Position numbers and translations under genes: made by a program. DNA of 63,568 bases from an uncultured Gammaproteobacteria bacterium (GTDB lineage Bacteria > Patescibacteriota > Patescibacteriia > Patescibacteriales > UBA12465): positions 1 to 63,568 of the forward strand of contig CAZYNT010000006.1 in the NCBI GenBank assembly GCA_964648205.1, read 5' to 3'. Below the pieces are notes generated by a model, which saw only the letters and a list, made by a program, of their open reading frames with translations, was not told the DNA's origin and did no database searches. This document shows, piece after piece, positions 8,841 to 18,671 of this stretch. The stretch's first letter is position 1; every line of letters begins with the position of its first letter.

Positions 8841-10319
8841 ATGAGCTTAGCTAAAAAAATCGCCCATAATACTCTAATTCAGACCGCCGGCAAGATAGTT
8901 TCGACCGTTCTCGGTCTTTTTTCGCTTGCCCTTATTACCCGCTGCCTGGGACAGGCCGGCTTCGGAGAATATACAACCATTATCACGTTTCTCACTTTTT
9001 TTGCTGTTATCGCCGATCTCGGCCTGACGCTGGTTACCGTGCAGATGATTAGCGGCCAAAAAAGCGAGGAAAATAAAATTCTCAATAATCTTTTCAGTCT
9101 TCGTTTGGTTTCCGCCCTGTTATTTCTCGGCTTAGCTCCGATCACCGTGGTTTTCTTTCCTTATGGCGCCGCGGTAAAGGTTGGTGTTCTTATCGCCGCT
9201 GTTTCTTTTATTTTTCCAGCTCTCAATCAAGTACTGGTCGGTCTCTTTCAAAAAAAATTAAGCATGGACCGTTCTGCCCTGGCCGAGGTCATAAGCCGGG
9301 TCGTTTTAATTCTCGGCATTATTTTGACCAAGAAATTGGGCGGCGGCTTAAATGGTATTTTAATAACCACTATCGCTTCAAGCGGAGCCAGCTTTCTCTT
9401 GCACTATCTTCTGGCTCTGAAATTCGCTACTGTAAAACTTGAGTTTGATTTGTCTTTATGGAAAAAAATTATTAGTCGTTCTTGGCCGCTGGCCATTACT
9501 ATTGTTTTGAACTTAATCTACCTGCGCGCCGATACTTTAATCCTGTCATTATTCCGCGGGCCGGAGGTGGTCGGTCTTTATGGGGCGGCTTATAAGATAA
9601 TAGATGTCTTAACAACGCTGCCTTTTATGTTCGCCGGTTTGATTTTGCCTATCCTTACGGCCGCTTGGCTGGAAAATAATAAAAGCTATTTTAAAAAAGT
9701 ATTACAAAAATCTTTTGACGTTATGGCGATTATCGCCATCCCGCTAGTAATCGGGGCGCAATTTTTAGGAAAACCGGTTATGTTTTTTGTGGCCGGCAAC
9801 GATTTTGTTATGGCGGGCGGCATCTTAAAGATTCTTATCTTTGCCGTCGCCGCGATTTTCCTGGGAACGATGTTTTCTCATGCTGTTATTGCTATCGACA
9901 AGCAGAAGAAAATGATCGGCTTTTACGTCTTTACTAGCATAAGCTCTCTAGTTGCTTATCTGTACCTGATTCCACGATATTCTTATATCGGTGCGGCCAG
10001 CGTTACTATCTACAGCGAAGTACTAATTGCCGTTTTCTCGGCTTATTGTATCTTTAAATATAGCCGCTTCTTGCCCCGACTTGTAACCCTCTTAAAGGCC
10101 TTGCTCGCGGGCGCCATTATGGGCGCCTTCATCTATTTCTTCCCGATTAACTACCAAGAAACTCTTTGGAACCTATTGCTTGTGATAGTTCTCGCTAGCC
10201 TTATATACTTTTTGGCTTTATTTTTCCTGGGAGGAATCAGCCCCGAGGATGTAAAGTCAATTTTCAAAAAACAGACCAAGGGCGGCGGCCAAACCTATGA
10301 TCCAGGAATCAACTTCTAA
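8841..10319 (+). CDS. MOP-superfamily oligosaccharide/polysaccharide flippase (Wzx/MurJ-like)
   Basis: Polytopic membrane protein of about 490 aa. I prefer the ATG at 8841 (MSLAKKIAHNTLIQTAGK) over the TTG at 8760. Confidence 0.8.
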   Translation: MSLAKKIAHNTLIQTAGKIVSTVLGLFSLALITRCLGQAGFGEYTTIITFLTFFAVIADLGLTLVTVQMISGQKSEENKILNNLFSLRLVSALLFLGLAPITVVFFPYGAAVKVGVLIAAVSFIFPALNQVLVGLFQKKLSMDRSALAEVISRVVLILGIILTKKLGGGLNGILITTIASSGASFLLHYLLALKFATVKLEFDLSLWKKIISRSWPLAITIVLNLIYLRADTLILSLFRGPEVVGLYGAAYKIIDVLTTLPFMFAGLILPILTAAWLENNKSYFKKVLQKSFDVMAIIAIPLVIGAQFLGKPVMFFVAGNDFVMAGGILKILIFAVAAIFLGTMFSHAVIAIDKQKKMIGFYVFTSISSLVAYLYLIPRYSYIGAASVTIYSEVLIAVFSAYCIFKYSRFLPRLVTLLKALLAGAIMGAFIYFFPINYQETLWNLLLVIVLASLIYFLALFFLGGISPEDVKSIFKKQTKGGGQTYDPGINF

Positions 10320-10327
10320 ATATTAAT

Positions 10328-11116
10328 ATGAATACAGACGCAATAAAAAATAATTTTCCGGAAATAATTTTTGAAAATAAAGACTATCTTGTTATTAATA
10401 AGCCGGCCGGTTTAGCCGTCCATGGTGGTGGTAATATCAAAAGCGCCACTTTAGCCGATTTTTTAATTGAGCGCTACCCTGGCATCGAAACTGTCGGCGA
10501 TGATCCGATCAGACCCGGCCTAGTCCACCGCCTTGATAAGGAAGTCAGCGGGCTGATGGTTATAGCGAAGAATAATAAAACATTTTTGAGTTTGAAGAAA
10601 CAATTCAAGGATCGTGATGTTAATAAGGAATATACCGCCCTGGTCCACGGAAAAATGTTAAATAATTTTGGCACCATAAATTTCCCCATCAAAAGATCCA
10701 GCGAAGGATATAAAATGGCGGCTTTGCCTTTAAATACTGCAAATCTATTAAGTCGGCGGCGGCCGAAAGAACGCGATCGCGGAAATCTTGATGGTTTTTT
10801 TAAAGCGCGCGAAGCGATAACCGAGTATACTGTTCTTAAAAAATTTTTCAACTACACTTTGCTCCAAGTAAGCATAAAAACTGGGCGGACCCACCAAATC
10901 CGAGTTCATTTTTTCGCCCTTGGCCATCCGCTGGTCGGCGACAATCTTTATTTCAATAAAAAATCCAAAGTCCAAAATAAAAAATTGGGCCTTGAGAGAA
11001 TATTTTTATTCGCTAATAAGCTAAGTTTCAAGGACAAAAATGGTGAAACTAAAAACTTTTCGCTTGGTGCGCCGAAAGCTCTTGACGATTTTTTGAAAAC
11101 CTTGAAACAGCTTTGA
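10328..11116 (+). CDS. RluA-family pseudouridine synthase
   Basis: Motifs LVHRLDKEVSGLMV and GRTHQIRVHF. TGA stop. Confidence 0.9.
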   Translation: MNTDAIKNNFPEIIFENKDYLVINKPAGLAVHGGGNIKSATLADFLIERYPGIETVGDDPIRPGLVHRLDKEVSGLMVIAKNNKTFLSLKKQFKDRDVNKEYTALVHGKMLNNFGTINFPIKRSSEGYKMAALPLNTANLLSRRRPKERDRGNLDGFFKAREAITEYTVLKKFFNYTLLQVSIKTGRTHQIRVHFFALGHPLVGDNLYFNKKSKVQNKKLGLERIFLFANKLSFKDKNGETKNFSLGAPKALDDFLKTLKQL

Positions 11117-11183
11117 CGACAGCAGTAATTTCTATTATAATAAAGAAAGTTAATAAAAAAAGATAATAATAAAACAAAAAAAT

Positions 11184-12224
11184 ATGAAGAAAATCCCTTC
11201 TATTTTAAAACAAAAAAAGACTTGGACCACGCTGCTTATTATCGCGGTCGTTTTAATTGTTTTGGGCTTGATTACGTCTTCGTCTCTTCGCAAGAGCGAT
11301 GATAAAAAAACTGTCCTGAAGCCAGGAAAAACTATCAGTGCCGACGCCGCTAAAATCAAAGCTGAAGAATTTATAAACAAATTTCTAATGCAAAGCGGCA
11401 GCAAGGCAACAATCAAAGAGGTTACTACCGAATACGGCCTCTACAAAGTAAAGGTAGACATCACTAGCGACGTAGTTGAGTCTTATTTAACTAAAGACGG
11501 CAGATTATTCTTTCCTCAAGCTTTAAACATTGAAGAAATTAATGCCGCCAAAACCGAAACTGATACCAGCGCCCAGGCAAACACCACCCCCTCAACAGTT
11601 GTCACTAAAAAAAGCGACAAACCGACTGTTGAATTGTTCGTTATGAGTTATTGCCCTTATGGCACGCAAATTGAAAAAGGAATATTGCCGGTCTTAGAAA
11701 CTTTAGGCAATAAAATCGATTTCCAATTAAAATTCTGCAGCTACGCGATGCATGGAGAAAAAGAATTAACAGAAAACTTATTGCAATATTGCATCCAGAA
11801 AGAGCAGCCGACAAAATTAAACGCCTATCTTAAATGCTTTTTAGAAAATAGCCAATCCGATACTTGCTTAGACAAAGCCGGTGTTAATAAGAACACCGTT
11901 AAAAAATGTATAACAAAAACCGATAATCAATTCCAAATAATGGCTAACTACACCAATAAAGTCGGCTATCAGGGTAGTTTCCCCGGATTCAATGTTAATA
12001 AATCCGATAATGACAAATATTCTGTCGGCGGGTCCCCAACTTTAATTATCAACGGCCAAGACATCCAGAGCGGCCGCGACAGCGCATCTTTGCTAAAGAC
12101 CATCTGCAGCGCTTTTAATAACCCTCCCAAGGAATGTTCTGCTTCCCTTTCTAGCGCCGCGCCATCAGCCGGCTTCGGCTCTGGCGCCGCTGCGGCCGGC
12201 ACCGCTGCGGCTGACTGCCAATAA
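11184..12224 (+). CDS. membrane-anchored thioredoxin-fold (DsbA-like) thiol-disulfide oxidoreductase
   Basis: N-terminal TM helix, CPYG active-site-like motif (FVMSYCPYGTQ) and an Ala/Gly-rich tail. Confidence 0.6.
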   Translation: MKKIPSILKQKKTWTTLLIIAVVLIVLGLITSSSLRKSDDKKTVLKPGKTISADAAKIKAEEFINKFLMQSGSKATIKEVTTEYGLYKVKVDITSDVVESYLTKDGRLFFPQALNIEEINAAKTETDTSAQANTTPSTVVTKKSDKPTVELFVMSYCPYGTQIEKGILPVLETLGNKIDFQLKFCSYAMHGEKELTENLLQYCIQKEQPTKLNAYLKCFLENSQSDTCLDKAGVNKNTVKKCITKTDNQFQIMANYTNKVGYQGSFPGFNVNKSDNDKYSVGGSPTLIINGQDIQSGRDSASLLKTICSAFNNPPKECSASLSSAAPSAGFGSGAAAAGTAAADCQ

Positions 12225-12250
12225 TCAAAACGTACCCAATATTAGACAAA

Positions 12251-12280
12251 AAGGTGGGTCTAACGACCCGCCTTTTTTAT
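12251..12280 (+). terminator. rho-independent terminator
   Basis: AAGGTGGGTC-TAAC-GACCCGCCTT followed by a T-run. Confidence 0.8.
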
Positions 12281-12305
12281 TTTTGTTTGCCTTTTAATTT
12301 CTCTT

Positions 12306-13529
12306 TCAAATTCTTCCTCGATACTTTTCCGCCGCCAGAATTCTTTTAACAGCAATTATATAAGCAGCTTGGCGCAGAGTAATCGCCCCGCTTTTTTCTT
12401 CATATTTATCATAGACATGCGCATAATTAACTCTCATCTTTTTCTCTAGCAAGCCGCGGAGATATTCTTCATCCAATATTTGGCCGGTGCGATTTTGCGC
12501 CCATTCAAAATAACTAACAATCACGCCGCCGGAGTTAGCGAGAATATCAGGCACGACAAGCTTTTTATTCTTCGCTAAAATATTATCCGCATCATATGTA
12601 ATCGGACCGTTCGCCAGTTCCACAATATATTCCGCTTTTATATTTTCAGCATTATCTTTAGTAATTTGGTTTTCCAGGGCCGCTAAAATCAATATATCGG
12701 TTGGCAATTCAAGAAGTTCGGCGTTAGTAACTGTTTTCCCGTCTTTCCACTCGCCGACAGCTTGGCCGCTATTTTTAAACGCCGCTAATTCAGAAATGTT
12801 CAAACCCGCCTCATCATAAATGCCCCCCTTACTGTCGGAAACCGCGATTATTTTATAGCCATCCTTGTATAATTTCTCGGCCATGAACAACCCTGCGTTG
12901 CCAAACCCCTGGATAACGACTTTGATTTCTTTTTTATTAATCAGCTTAGCTGATAGTTCCTTAGTCACGATATAGCCTCCCTGAGCAGTCGCGTCGCCGC
13001 GCAGCACAATACCACCCAATTCAACGGGCTTGCCGGTAATCATCCCCGGTTCATGATGCCCGACTTTTTTTTCATATTCATCAAGCATCCAAGACATAAC
13101 CCGCCCATTAGTATAAACATCAGGAGCCGGAATATCTTTATCTTGTCCAAGAACTTCATAAAAACTATCAATATATTTGCGGCTTACTTCTTCCAATTCT
13201 TTCTTGTCAGCCGCCTTCGGATCGAATTTTACCCCTCCTTTGGCGCCGCCGTAAGGAATATCGGCCAAAGAGTTTTTTAAAGCCATCCAGAAGGCTAAAG
13301 ATTTAACCTCGTCTTCGCTAACGTCTGGATGGAATCTAATTCCTCCTTTGCCGGGACCGATTGCTCGGCTATATAATATTCTCCAGGCCGGATATTTTTT
13401 ACCACTAACATCAAGTTCGGCGTATTTGACCTGGACTGGTTCAAACAAAGCAGCCATATCTTTATCGCTAATTCCTTCAATTGTCTGGATCTCTTTCAAC
13501 CGATTATAATTATCTGAAAAAATGCTCAT
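12306..13529 (-). CDS. gdhA: Glu/Leu/Phe/Val-family dehydrogenase (probable glutamate dehydrogenase)
   Basis: GPGKGGIRFHPDVSEDEVKSLAFWMALKNSLADIPYGGAKGGV and the Rossmann motif GFGNAG. Confidence 0.9.
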   Translation of the reverse strand: MSIFSDNYNRLKEIQTIEGISDKDMAALFEPVQVKYAELDVSGKKYPAWRILYSRAIGPGKGGIRFHPDVSEDEVKSLAFWMALKNSLADIPYGGAKGGVKFDPKAADKKELEEVSRKYIDSFYEVLGQDKDIPAPDVYTNGRVMSWMLDEYEKKVGHHEPGMITGKPVELGGIVLRGDATAQGGYIVTKELSAKLINKKEIKVVIQGFGNAGLFMAEKLYKDGYKIIAVSDSKGGIYDEAGLNISELAAFKNSGQAVGEWKDGKTVTNAELLELPTDILILAALENQITKDNAENIKAEYIVELANGPITYDADNILAKNKKLVVPDILANSGGVIVSYFEWAQNRTGQILDEEYLRGLLEKKMRVNYAHVYDKYEEKSGAITLRQAAYIIAVKRILAAEKYRGRI

Positions 13530-13535
13530 AGAATT

Positions 13536-13868
13536 TTATTTTATTAACGATTCAATCTCTCCTTTAAGCGTTTCCTTGTTCCTTAATCCGATAAATTCGC
13601 CGATTATCTTCCCGCCTTTAAATAACTTCATATTAGGAATGCTTTGGATTTGATATTCCATCGCCAAGTCCTGGTTCGGTCCGTCTTCGGTATTAACTTT
13701 TGCAATCTTAACCTTGCCGGCCATTTCTTCGGCCAATTCGTCTAATACCGGCGCCATCATTTTGCAGGGCATGCACCAGGTCGCCCAAAAATCCACCAAA
13801 ACCGGCAGATCGCTGTTTAAAACTTCCGAAGAAAAATTATCTTTTGTTACTTCTTGCGCTTTTGCCAT
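13536..13868 (-). CDS. trxA: thioredoxin with a variant WCMPC active site
   Basis: 110 aa with VLVDFWATWCMPCKMMAP. The codons TGG TGC ATG CCC TGC were read at 13778-13764. Confidence 0.9.
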   Translation of the reverse strand: MAKAQEVTKDNFSSEVLNSDLPVLVDFWATWCMPCKMMAPVLDELAEEMAGKVKIAKVNTEDGPNQDLAMEYQIQSIPNMKLFKGGKIIGEFIGLRNKETLKGEIESLIK

Positions 13869-13886
13869 AAATTTATTTTTTATTTT

Positions 13887-14129
13887 TTATTTTTTTATTA
13901 TTTCGTTAAAAAATTTTGTAATTTTTTCCTTGTCTTTTATCTTTTTGCCAAGAAGACAATGATCAAATTCTTTGGCGATTATAGTTTCCATTAAAGACGC
14001 CATGGCGGATTTAATCGCCTTTAGCTGGATAATCAGGGCGAAGCAGTCATTTTCTTTCTTGTTTAGCATTTTTTTGGCTCCTTCTAGCTGCCCGATTATA
14101 TTATTAATTCTCTGTTCGGTTGTCTTCAT
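13887..14129 (-). CDS. CsoR/RcnR/CstR-family (DUF156) metal- or thiol-sensing transcriptional repressor
   Basis: 80-aa helical protein (RINNIIGQLEGAKKML...) with Cys29 and Cys58. It lies 18 nt upstream of trxA. Confidence 0.8.
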   Translation of the reverse strand: MKTTEQRINNIIGQLEGAKKMLNKKENDCFALIIQLKAIKSAMASLMETIIAKEFDHCLLGKKIKDKEKITKFFNEIIKK

Positions 14130-14148
14130 ATTATTTCTATAATATCAT

Positions 14149-14165
14149 ACACCCCCTAGGGGTGT
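14149..14165. promoter_or_regulatory. C/G-tract inverted repeat ACACCCC-CTA-GGGGTGT, candidate CsoR-family operator
   Basis: Perfect 7-bp arms about 20 nt upstream of the repressor ATG, embedded in AT-rich DNA. Confidence 0.5.
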
Positions 14166-14254
14166 AAAGAAATTTAAAAAATCGCTCTTTACTAGTAAAA
14201 AGAATTAATAAAAAGAGCTGATTTTAGCAACCAGCTCAATATCCATATTTTTGT

Positions 14255-14998
14255 CTAATCATCTTTCGACCAATTTTCGCTCTTCACTAGAATAATGCCC
14301 ATTTTAGCCATTTTTCTGACTTTATTTTCGGTCAAAAAATTAAGTTTCCCATTTTCCAGGCCGACACAAATTTCTTCCTGATTATTGAACCGGCCGGTCG
14401 TGTGGGTGGTACGGTAATACAATTTAGGGACAAAAATCCCGAGGTGGGAGAGGCCGAGAAGAAGTTCAACAGTCAAATTGAAGTCCAGCCGGAAGCACTC
14501 TTCCGGATGCAGAGTCTTCTCTCCTTCCAGGCTCAAATTCACCAGCGGATTTTCGTAGCTCACTAGATAACGCCCAGGAGTGTTCTTCTTGGTCATCTCT
14601 TTAAGATGCCCCCAGCGCTGTTCGGGAAATCTTTCCGCCATTTCTTTAATTGACAGCCCATTAAGAACAGCCTTTTTGAAATTAAACTGGGGATCATTAA
14701 AGATTGAACTTCGACTCTCGGGCGCACAAGTTTCTAGCTTCTTCTCGGAGACGGCTAAGTTTTTCCAAATTTCCAAACTCTGGCCGGCGGAGATTAATTC
14801 GGAGCTTTTTAAACGATAAGCCGGAACGGCCTTAACGCCATTTTGCTGGCGAGAAACTTTCTTCTTCTTGTGGTCGTACTTTTTAACCAAAGAATTTAGG
14901 ATGGAGCTCAGCTTTTCGTTAGTTAGAATCCCTTCACGGATCACTTCCTCAAGCTTAGCCCTTACTTCGGGTGTGAGGAGATCGATTTTTTCATCCAT
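14255..14998 (-). CDS. hypothetical protein, 247 aa
   Basis: Long ORF downstream of the recQ-methyltransferase pair. No family recognised. Confidence 0.6.
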   Translation of the reverse strand: MDEKIDLLTPEVRAKLEEVIREGILTNEKLSSILNSLVKKYDHKKKKVSRQQNGVKAVPAYRLKSSELISAGQSLEIWKNLAVSEKKLETCAPESRSSIFNDPQFNFKKAVLNGLSIKEMAERFPEQRWGHLKEMTKKNTPGRYLVSYENPLVNLSLEGEKTLHPEECFRLDFNLTVELLLGLSHLGIFVPKLYYRTTHTTGRFNNQEEICVGLENGKLNFLTENKVRKMAKMGIILVKSENWSKDD

Positions 14999-15047
14999 GC
15001 TTTGCAGTTTTTAAATGAGCAGTTATATTTATTTAAATATTATGAAA

Positions 15048-15743
15048 TTATTTCTCCAGAACGTACCAAAAATTGTGCTTGTCTCTTGTGCCTTGCTGGA
15101 CTTTTAGGCCGGCTGATTTTATAAGCTTCTCTAATTCTCTTTTGGTAAAGGCGTGGTAATAGCGCTGGCTTGTTTTCTGCCCGGCACTATTTCTCCAGGG
15201 AAACATTAAATCGTTATAATCCAGTTCATTTCTTCCTGTGATTTTAAGCCAATAATTTTTTAAAAGCAAGGGCTGATACTTCTTATTTTTCCACAAATTC
15301 CACACGCTGATTATCAGCTTTCCTCGGGGAGACAGCTTGGCCGCCATCTGCTTTAAAGACTTGAGGCGCATTTCTTGACTGGGAATGTGTTGCAAAACAG
15401 CTAAACAAAAAATGTAATCAAAATTGTTCTCCGGGATTAATTTTAAATCGAGAATGTCCAACACTCTAAATTCTTTATCAGGATAATTGCTTTTGGCTAA
15501 GGCCACTAAAGCGGGACTATTATCAAGACCAAGATATTTTATCGTTTTATTAGAAAAAGCTTCAAGCAACCTCCCGTTCCCGCAGCCCACATCCAAAACG
15601 CTAGCGCGTTCGCCTACAATTTCAGCTAATTCACGCATTTTCGGCCAAATTTCTTTTTTGCGGGTAGCGTCAAAATCGGCCGCGATTTCTTGGTAATTAC
15701 GTTTAACTAAATCTAATAATTCTTGGGCTGTTTTTTTGTCCAT
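15048..15743 (-). CDS. class I SAM-dependent methyltransferase
   Basis: Motif I VLDVGCGNGRL. It starts 1 nt after the recQ stop. Confidence 0.85.
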   Translation of the reverse strand: MDKKTAQELLDLVKRNYQEIAADFDATRKKEIWPKMRELAEIVGERASVLDVGCGNGRLLEAFSNKTIKYLGLDNSPALVALAKSNYPDKEFRVLDILDLKLIPENNFDYIFCLAVLQHIPSQEMRLKSLKQMAAKLSPRGKLIISVWNLWKNKKYQPLLLKNYWLKITGRNELDYNDLMFPWRNSAGQKTSQRYYHAFTKRELEKLIKSAGLKVQQGTRDKHNFWYVLEK

Positions 15744-15744
15744 A

Positions 15745-17529
15745 TTAATAACTGAGGTATTCTTTTTGACTGTAATCTTCTCCGCCCCGGGCTTTAACCT
15801 TATTAACTTTTAGGCAACTATCGCACTTTCCGCAAGCTTGCGCCTTGCTATCGCCGAAGTAATTCAAAATATAGGCCTGGCGGCAGCCGAGATGGTAAAC
15901 ATAGTTTTCCATCTCATTTAATTTTTCGTAAGCGCGATTCGCTTTTGCTTTTAGCGCTTTAAAATCTAAATTAAGATCTTCGGGTTCGATTATTTTCAAT
16001 ATTTTTATTTCTGTCCCCCGGAAAGGCGGCCGGTATTCAACCAGATCCTTTTCCGCTAATTTCTTTATTGCCCGCAACAGAGAATCTTTCTTGATTTTTA
16101 AGACAATTGAGACCTCTTCCGGATTAAACTCCCATCCCTTTTCTAAATCATGGTGGTACTTTTCTCCTAATTTTTCGACTACCTCCGCCTGGCTTTTCGC
16201 CCTCTTGCCGATTGAGGCGGCTACTTCGGACCAATCTTTTTTTGTCTTTAAAAAAGAGTTGGAATTTTTTTCATTGGGGCGGGAAATGTAGCCCTCTTTT
16301 TCCAGAATCTTTAGAGCCGTACCGATTGCCATTTCCGGAATAGAGTCGGAAAGGCTCTGTGCAATTTCGGCGTAAGTAATAAGAATTGAAGCCGAAGTCT
16401 CGACTTCTAGGCCGGCGCGGCGCAATAAGAAATCATAAATCTCAATAATTATATTCGGATCCGGATTATCACCCTTTATAAAAAATTCCCTTAAATAGCG
16501 ATCCTGCGAATTATAAAAGAGCAGGCAGAAGCTTGGCTGGCCGTCTCGTCCGGCGCGGCCCGCTTCTTGATAATAGGCTTCAATAGTGCCGGGCAAATCA
16601 TGGTGGATAACAAAACGAATGTCTTTTTTATCTATTCCCAAGCCGAAGGCATTGGTCGCGACCACGACCTGCGCTTCGCCGCTCATAAACTTGTTCTGTA
16701 CCCAATCTCGGCTTTCAGCATCCATGCCGGCGTGGTAGCTGACCGCTTTAATATCATTATCAATTAAAACCTCGACGATTTCATCTGCCCGCGCGCGCGT
16801 GCCAACATAAATTATCCCGGAGCCGAGCTCGGAATTGGTTGTAAGCAGATTTAAGATGCTCTCAATTTTTTGACCGTTAGCTGCGGGCATAACCGCGAAT
16901 TGTAAGTTGGGCCGCGCAAAGCCGGTGATAACTATTTCTGGATCTTCGAGCGCCAGCTGTCTTACGATGTCATCGCGCACTTCGGGGGTTGCGGTGGCGG
17001 TTAAAGCAACCACGACGGGCGAACCAACAAATTTAATCGCCTCTTTTAATCTTAAGTAGCTCGGCCTGAAATCATGTCCCCATTGGCTGATGCAATGTGC
17101 CTCGTCAATCGCGAATAAAGACACTTTTATATTTTTTAGCTCTTGAATAAAAATTCTATTATAGAAGCGTTCCGGAGCTATATAAACAATCTTATAATAT
17201 CCTTTTCTTATTTTAGCCAACCGCTTTTCAGTTTCAGCCAGTGAAATTGAAGAGTTAATAAATGTAGCCGGGATGCCAACCCTCTCCAGAGAATCAACCT
17301 GATCCTTCATTAAAGCAATCAAAGGCGAAATTACAATAGTCGCGCCTTCTAGAATTAAAGCAGGCAATTGAAAAATCAAAGACTTGCCGCCGCCGGTCGG
17401 CAGAACCACTACAGTATTTTTATGCTGCAAAATATTATCAATCGCTCTCTCTTGCCCAGGGCGAAAAGACCCATAACCAAAATGAATCTTGAGAAGCTCT
17501 TTTAATTGTTCCTTCTTTTTCGCTAACAT
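15745..17529 (-). CDS. recQ: ATP-dependent DNA helicase RecQ
   Basis: PTGGGKS, DEAHCISQWGHDFRPSY, QEAGRAGRDG and the zinc-binding CGKCDSC. Confidence 0.95.
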   Translation of the reverse strand: MLAKKKEQLKELLKIHFGYGSFRPGQERAIDNILQHKNTVVVLPTGGGKSLIFQLPALILEGATIVISPLIALMKDQVDSLERVGIPATFINSSISLAETEKRLAKIRKGYYKIVYIAPERFYNRIFIQELKNIKVSLFAIDEAHCISQWGHDFRPSYLRLKEAIKFVGSPVVVALTATATPEVRDDIVRQLALEDPEIVITGFARPNLQFAVMPAANGQKIESILNLLTTNSELGSGIIYVGTRARADEIVEVLIDNDIKAVSYHAGMDAESRDWVQNKFMSGEAQVVVATNAFGLGIDKKDIRFVIHHDLPGTIEAYYQEAGRAGRDGQPSFCLLFYNSQDRYLREFFIKGDNPDPNIIIEIYDFLLRRAGLEVETSASILITYAEIAQSLSDSIPEMAIGTALKILEKEGYISRPNEKNSNSFLKTKKDWSEVAASIGKRAKSQAEVVEKLGEKYHHDLEKGWEFNPEEVSIVLKIKKDSLLRAIKKLAEKDLVEYRPPFRGTEIKILKIIEPEDLNLDFKALKAKANRAYEKLNEMENYVYHLGCRQAYILNYFGDSKAQACGKCDSCLKVNKVKARGGEDYSQKEYLSY

Positions 17530-17583
17530 TGACTTATATTTATAAATGTGGTATAGTAATTTGAAACCTAAAACCTGAAAACA

Positions 17584-17817
17584 ATGAAAAAAATGAGAAT
17601 TTTCCAGGAAGCGTTGCTTGTTCTTTTATTAGCAGTTCTGACTGCCGCCGCCATCTTAGTGCTTATAAACGAGCCAAAAAGCATTGGCAGTTATGCGGCC
17701 ATTATAATTGCAATTTACTCGGATATAGTGGCGTTTCTCGCCCTCTTCCACAAAAACAACCGGATCTATAAAATATTTCATGATCCTTGTCTCGGTGAAG
17801 AGGATAAAAACAATTAA
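17584..17817 (+). CDS. small membrane protein, 77 aa
   Basis: Two hydrophobic helices, followed by a hairpin and T-run at about 17838-17870. Confidence 0.4.
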   Translation: MKKMRIFQEALLVLLLAVLTAAAILVLINEPKSIGSYAAIIIAIYSDIVAFLALFHKNNRIYKIFHDPCLGEEDKNN

Positions 17818-17861
17818 CACTAATCACTCCACTTAACCGCCCGCTCGTCTGGGTGGTTTTT

Positions 17862-18653
17862 TTATTTTTTAACTTTAAAAATCTCTAAGGCGTTCTTAAA
17901 TAAAAAAGCTATAGTCATGGGTCCGATTCCTCCCGGAACTGGAGTAATATAAGAAGCTTTTTCTTTGATGTCTTCATAATCAACGTCGCCTAAAACTTTT
18001 CCCTCAACTTTAGTAATTCCAATATCAATTATCACCGCGCCATCTTTTATCATTTCTTTTTTGATAAAATGCGGCTTACCCAAAGCGGTTATTAATAGGT
18101 CGGCTTGTTCTGGTTCTTCTTTTAAAATTACTTTCACGCCCTTATCTTCCAAAAGTTTTTTTACGCTCAGCCCAAAAATGTCCGAATTATGAAGAACACA
18201 AGCGGTTTTGTTTTTAAAATCAAATTTAATTTCTTCTAAACAAGCGAGAATTGAGGCGAGCACGGGCGACATAACATAATGCGGATGATTGGGGTGGAAA
18301 CCATCAACGTCTTTACCGGGATCAAGCGCATTAATAATTTTATCCGTATCAAATTGGGGTGGCAGGGGCAATTGGATTAAGATGCCGTCGATTAATTTAT
18401 CTTGATTTAAAAAATTAATAGTTTCTAATATTTTTTCTTCACTCGTATCTGCGTCGAGCGCATATAGGTGCGTATCAACCCCGACCTTAACCGCTTCTCT
18501 TTGCTTAAGAGACACATATAATTTAGAATCTTCGCGCTCGCCCACTAAAATAATGGCCAAGTTAGGTCTTGGTCCATTAAATTTATATATTTGTTCCGCA
18601 ATTTGATCTTTGACTTTCTCGGCGATTGCGCGGCCGTCTATTTTTTTTACCAT
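17862..18653 (-). CDS. folD: bifunctional methylenetetrahydrofolate dehydrogenase/cyclohydrolase
   Basis: KIDGRAIAEKVKDQI..., GILIQLPLP and TPVPGGIGPMT. Confidence 0.95.
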   Translation of the reverse strand: MVKKIDGRAIAEKVKDQIAEQIYKFNGPRPNLAIILVGEREDSKLYVSLKQREAVKVGVDTHLYALDADTSEEKILETINFLNQDKLIDGILIQLPLPPQFDTDKIINALDPGKDVDGFHPNHPHYVMSPVLASILACLEEIKFDFKNKTACVLHNSDIFGLSVKKLLEDKGVKVILKEEPEQADLLITALGKPHFIKKEMIKDGAVIIDIGITKVEGKVLGDVDYEDIKEKASYITPVPGGIGPMTIAFLFKNALEIFKVKK

Positions 18654-18671
18654 AGTTAATTTATCTGCTAA

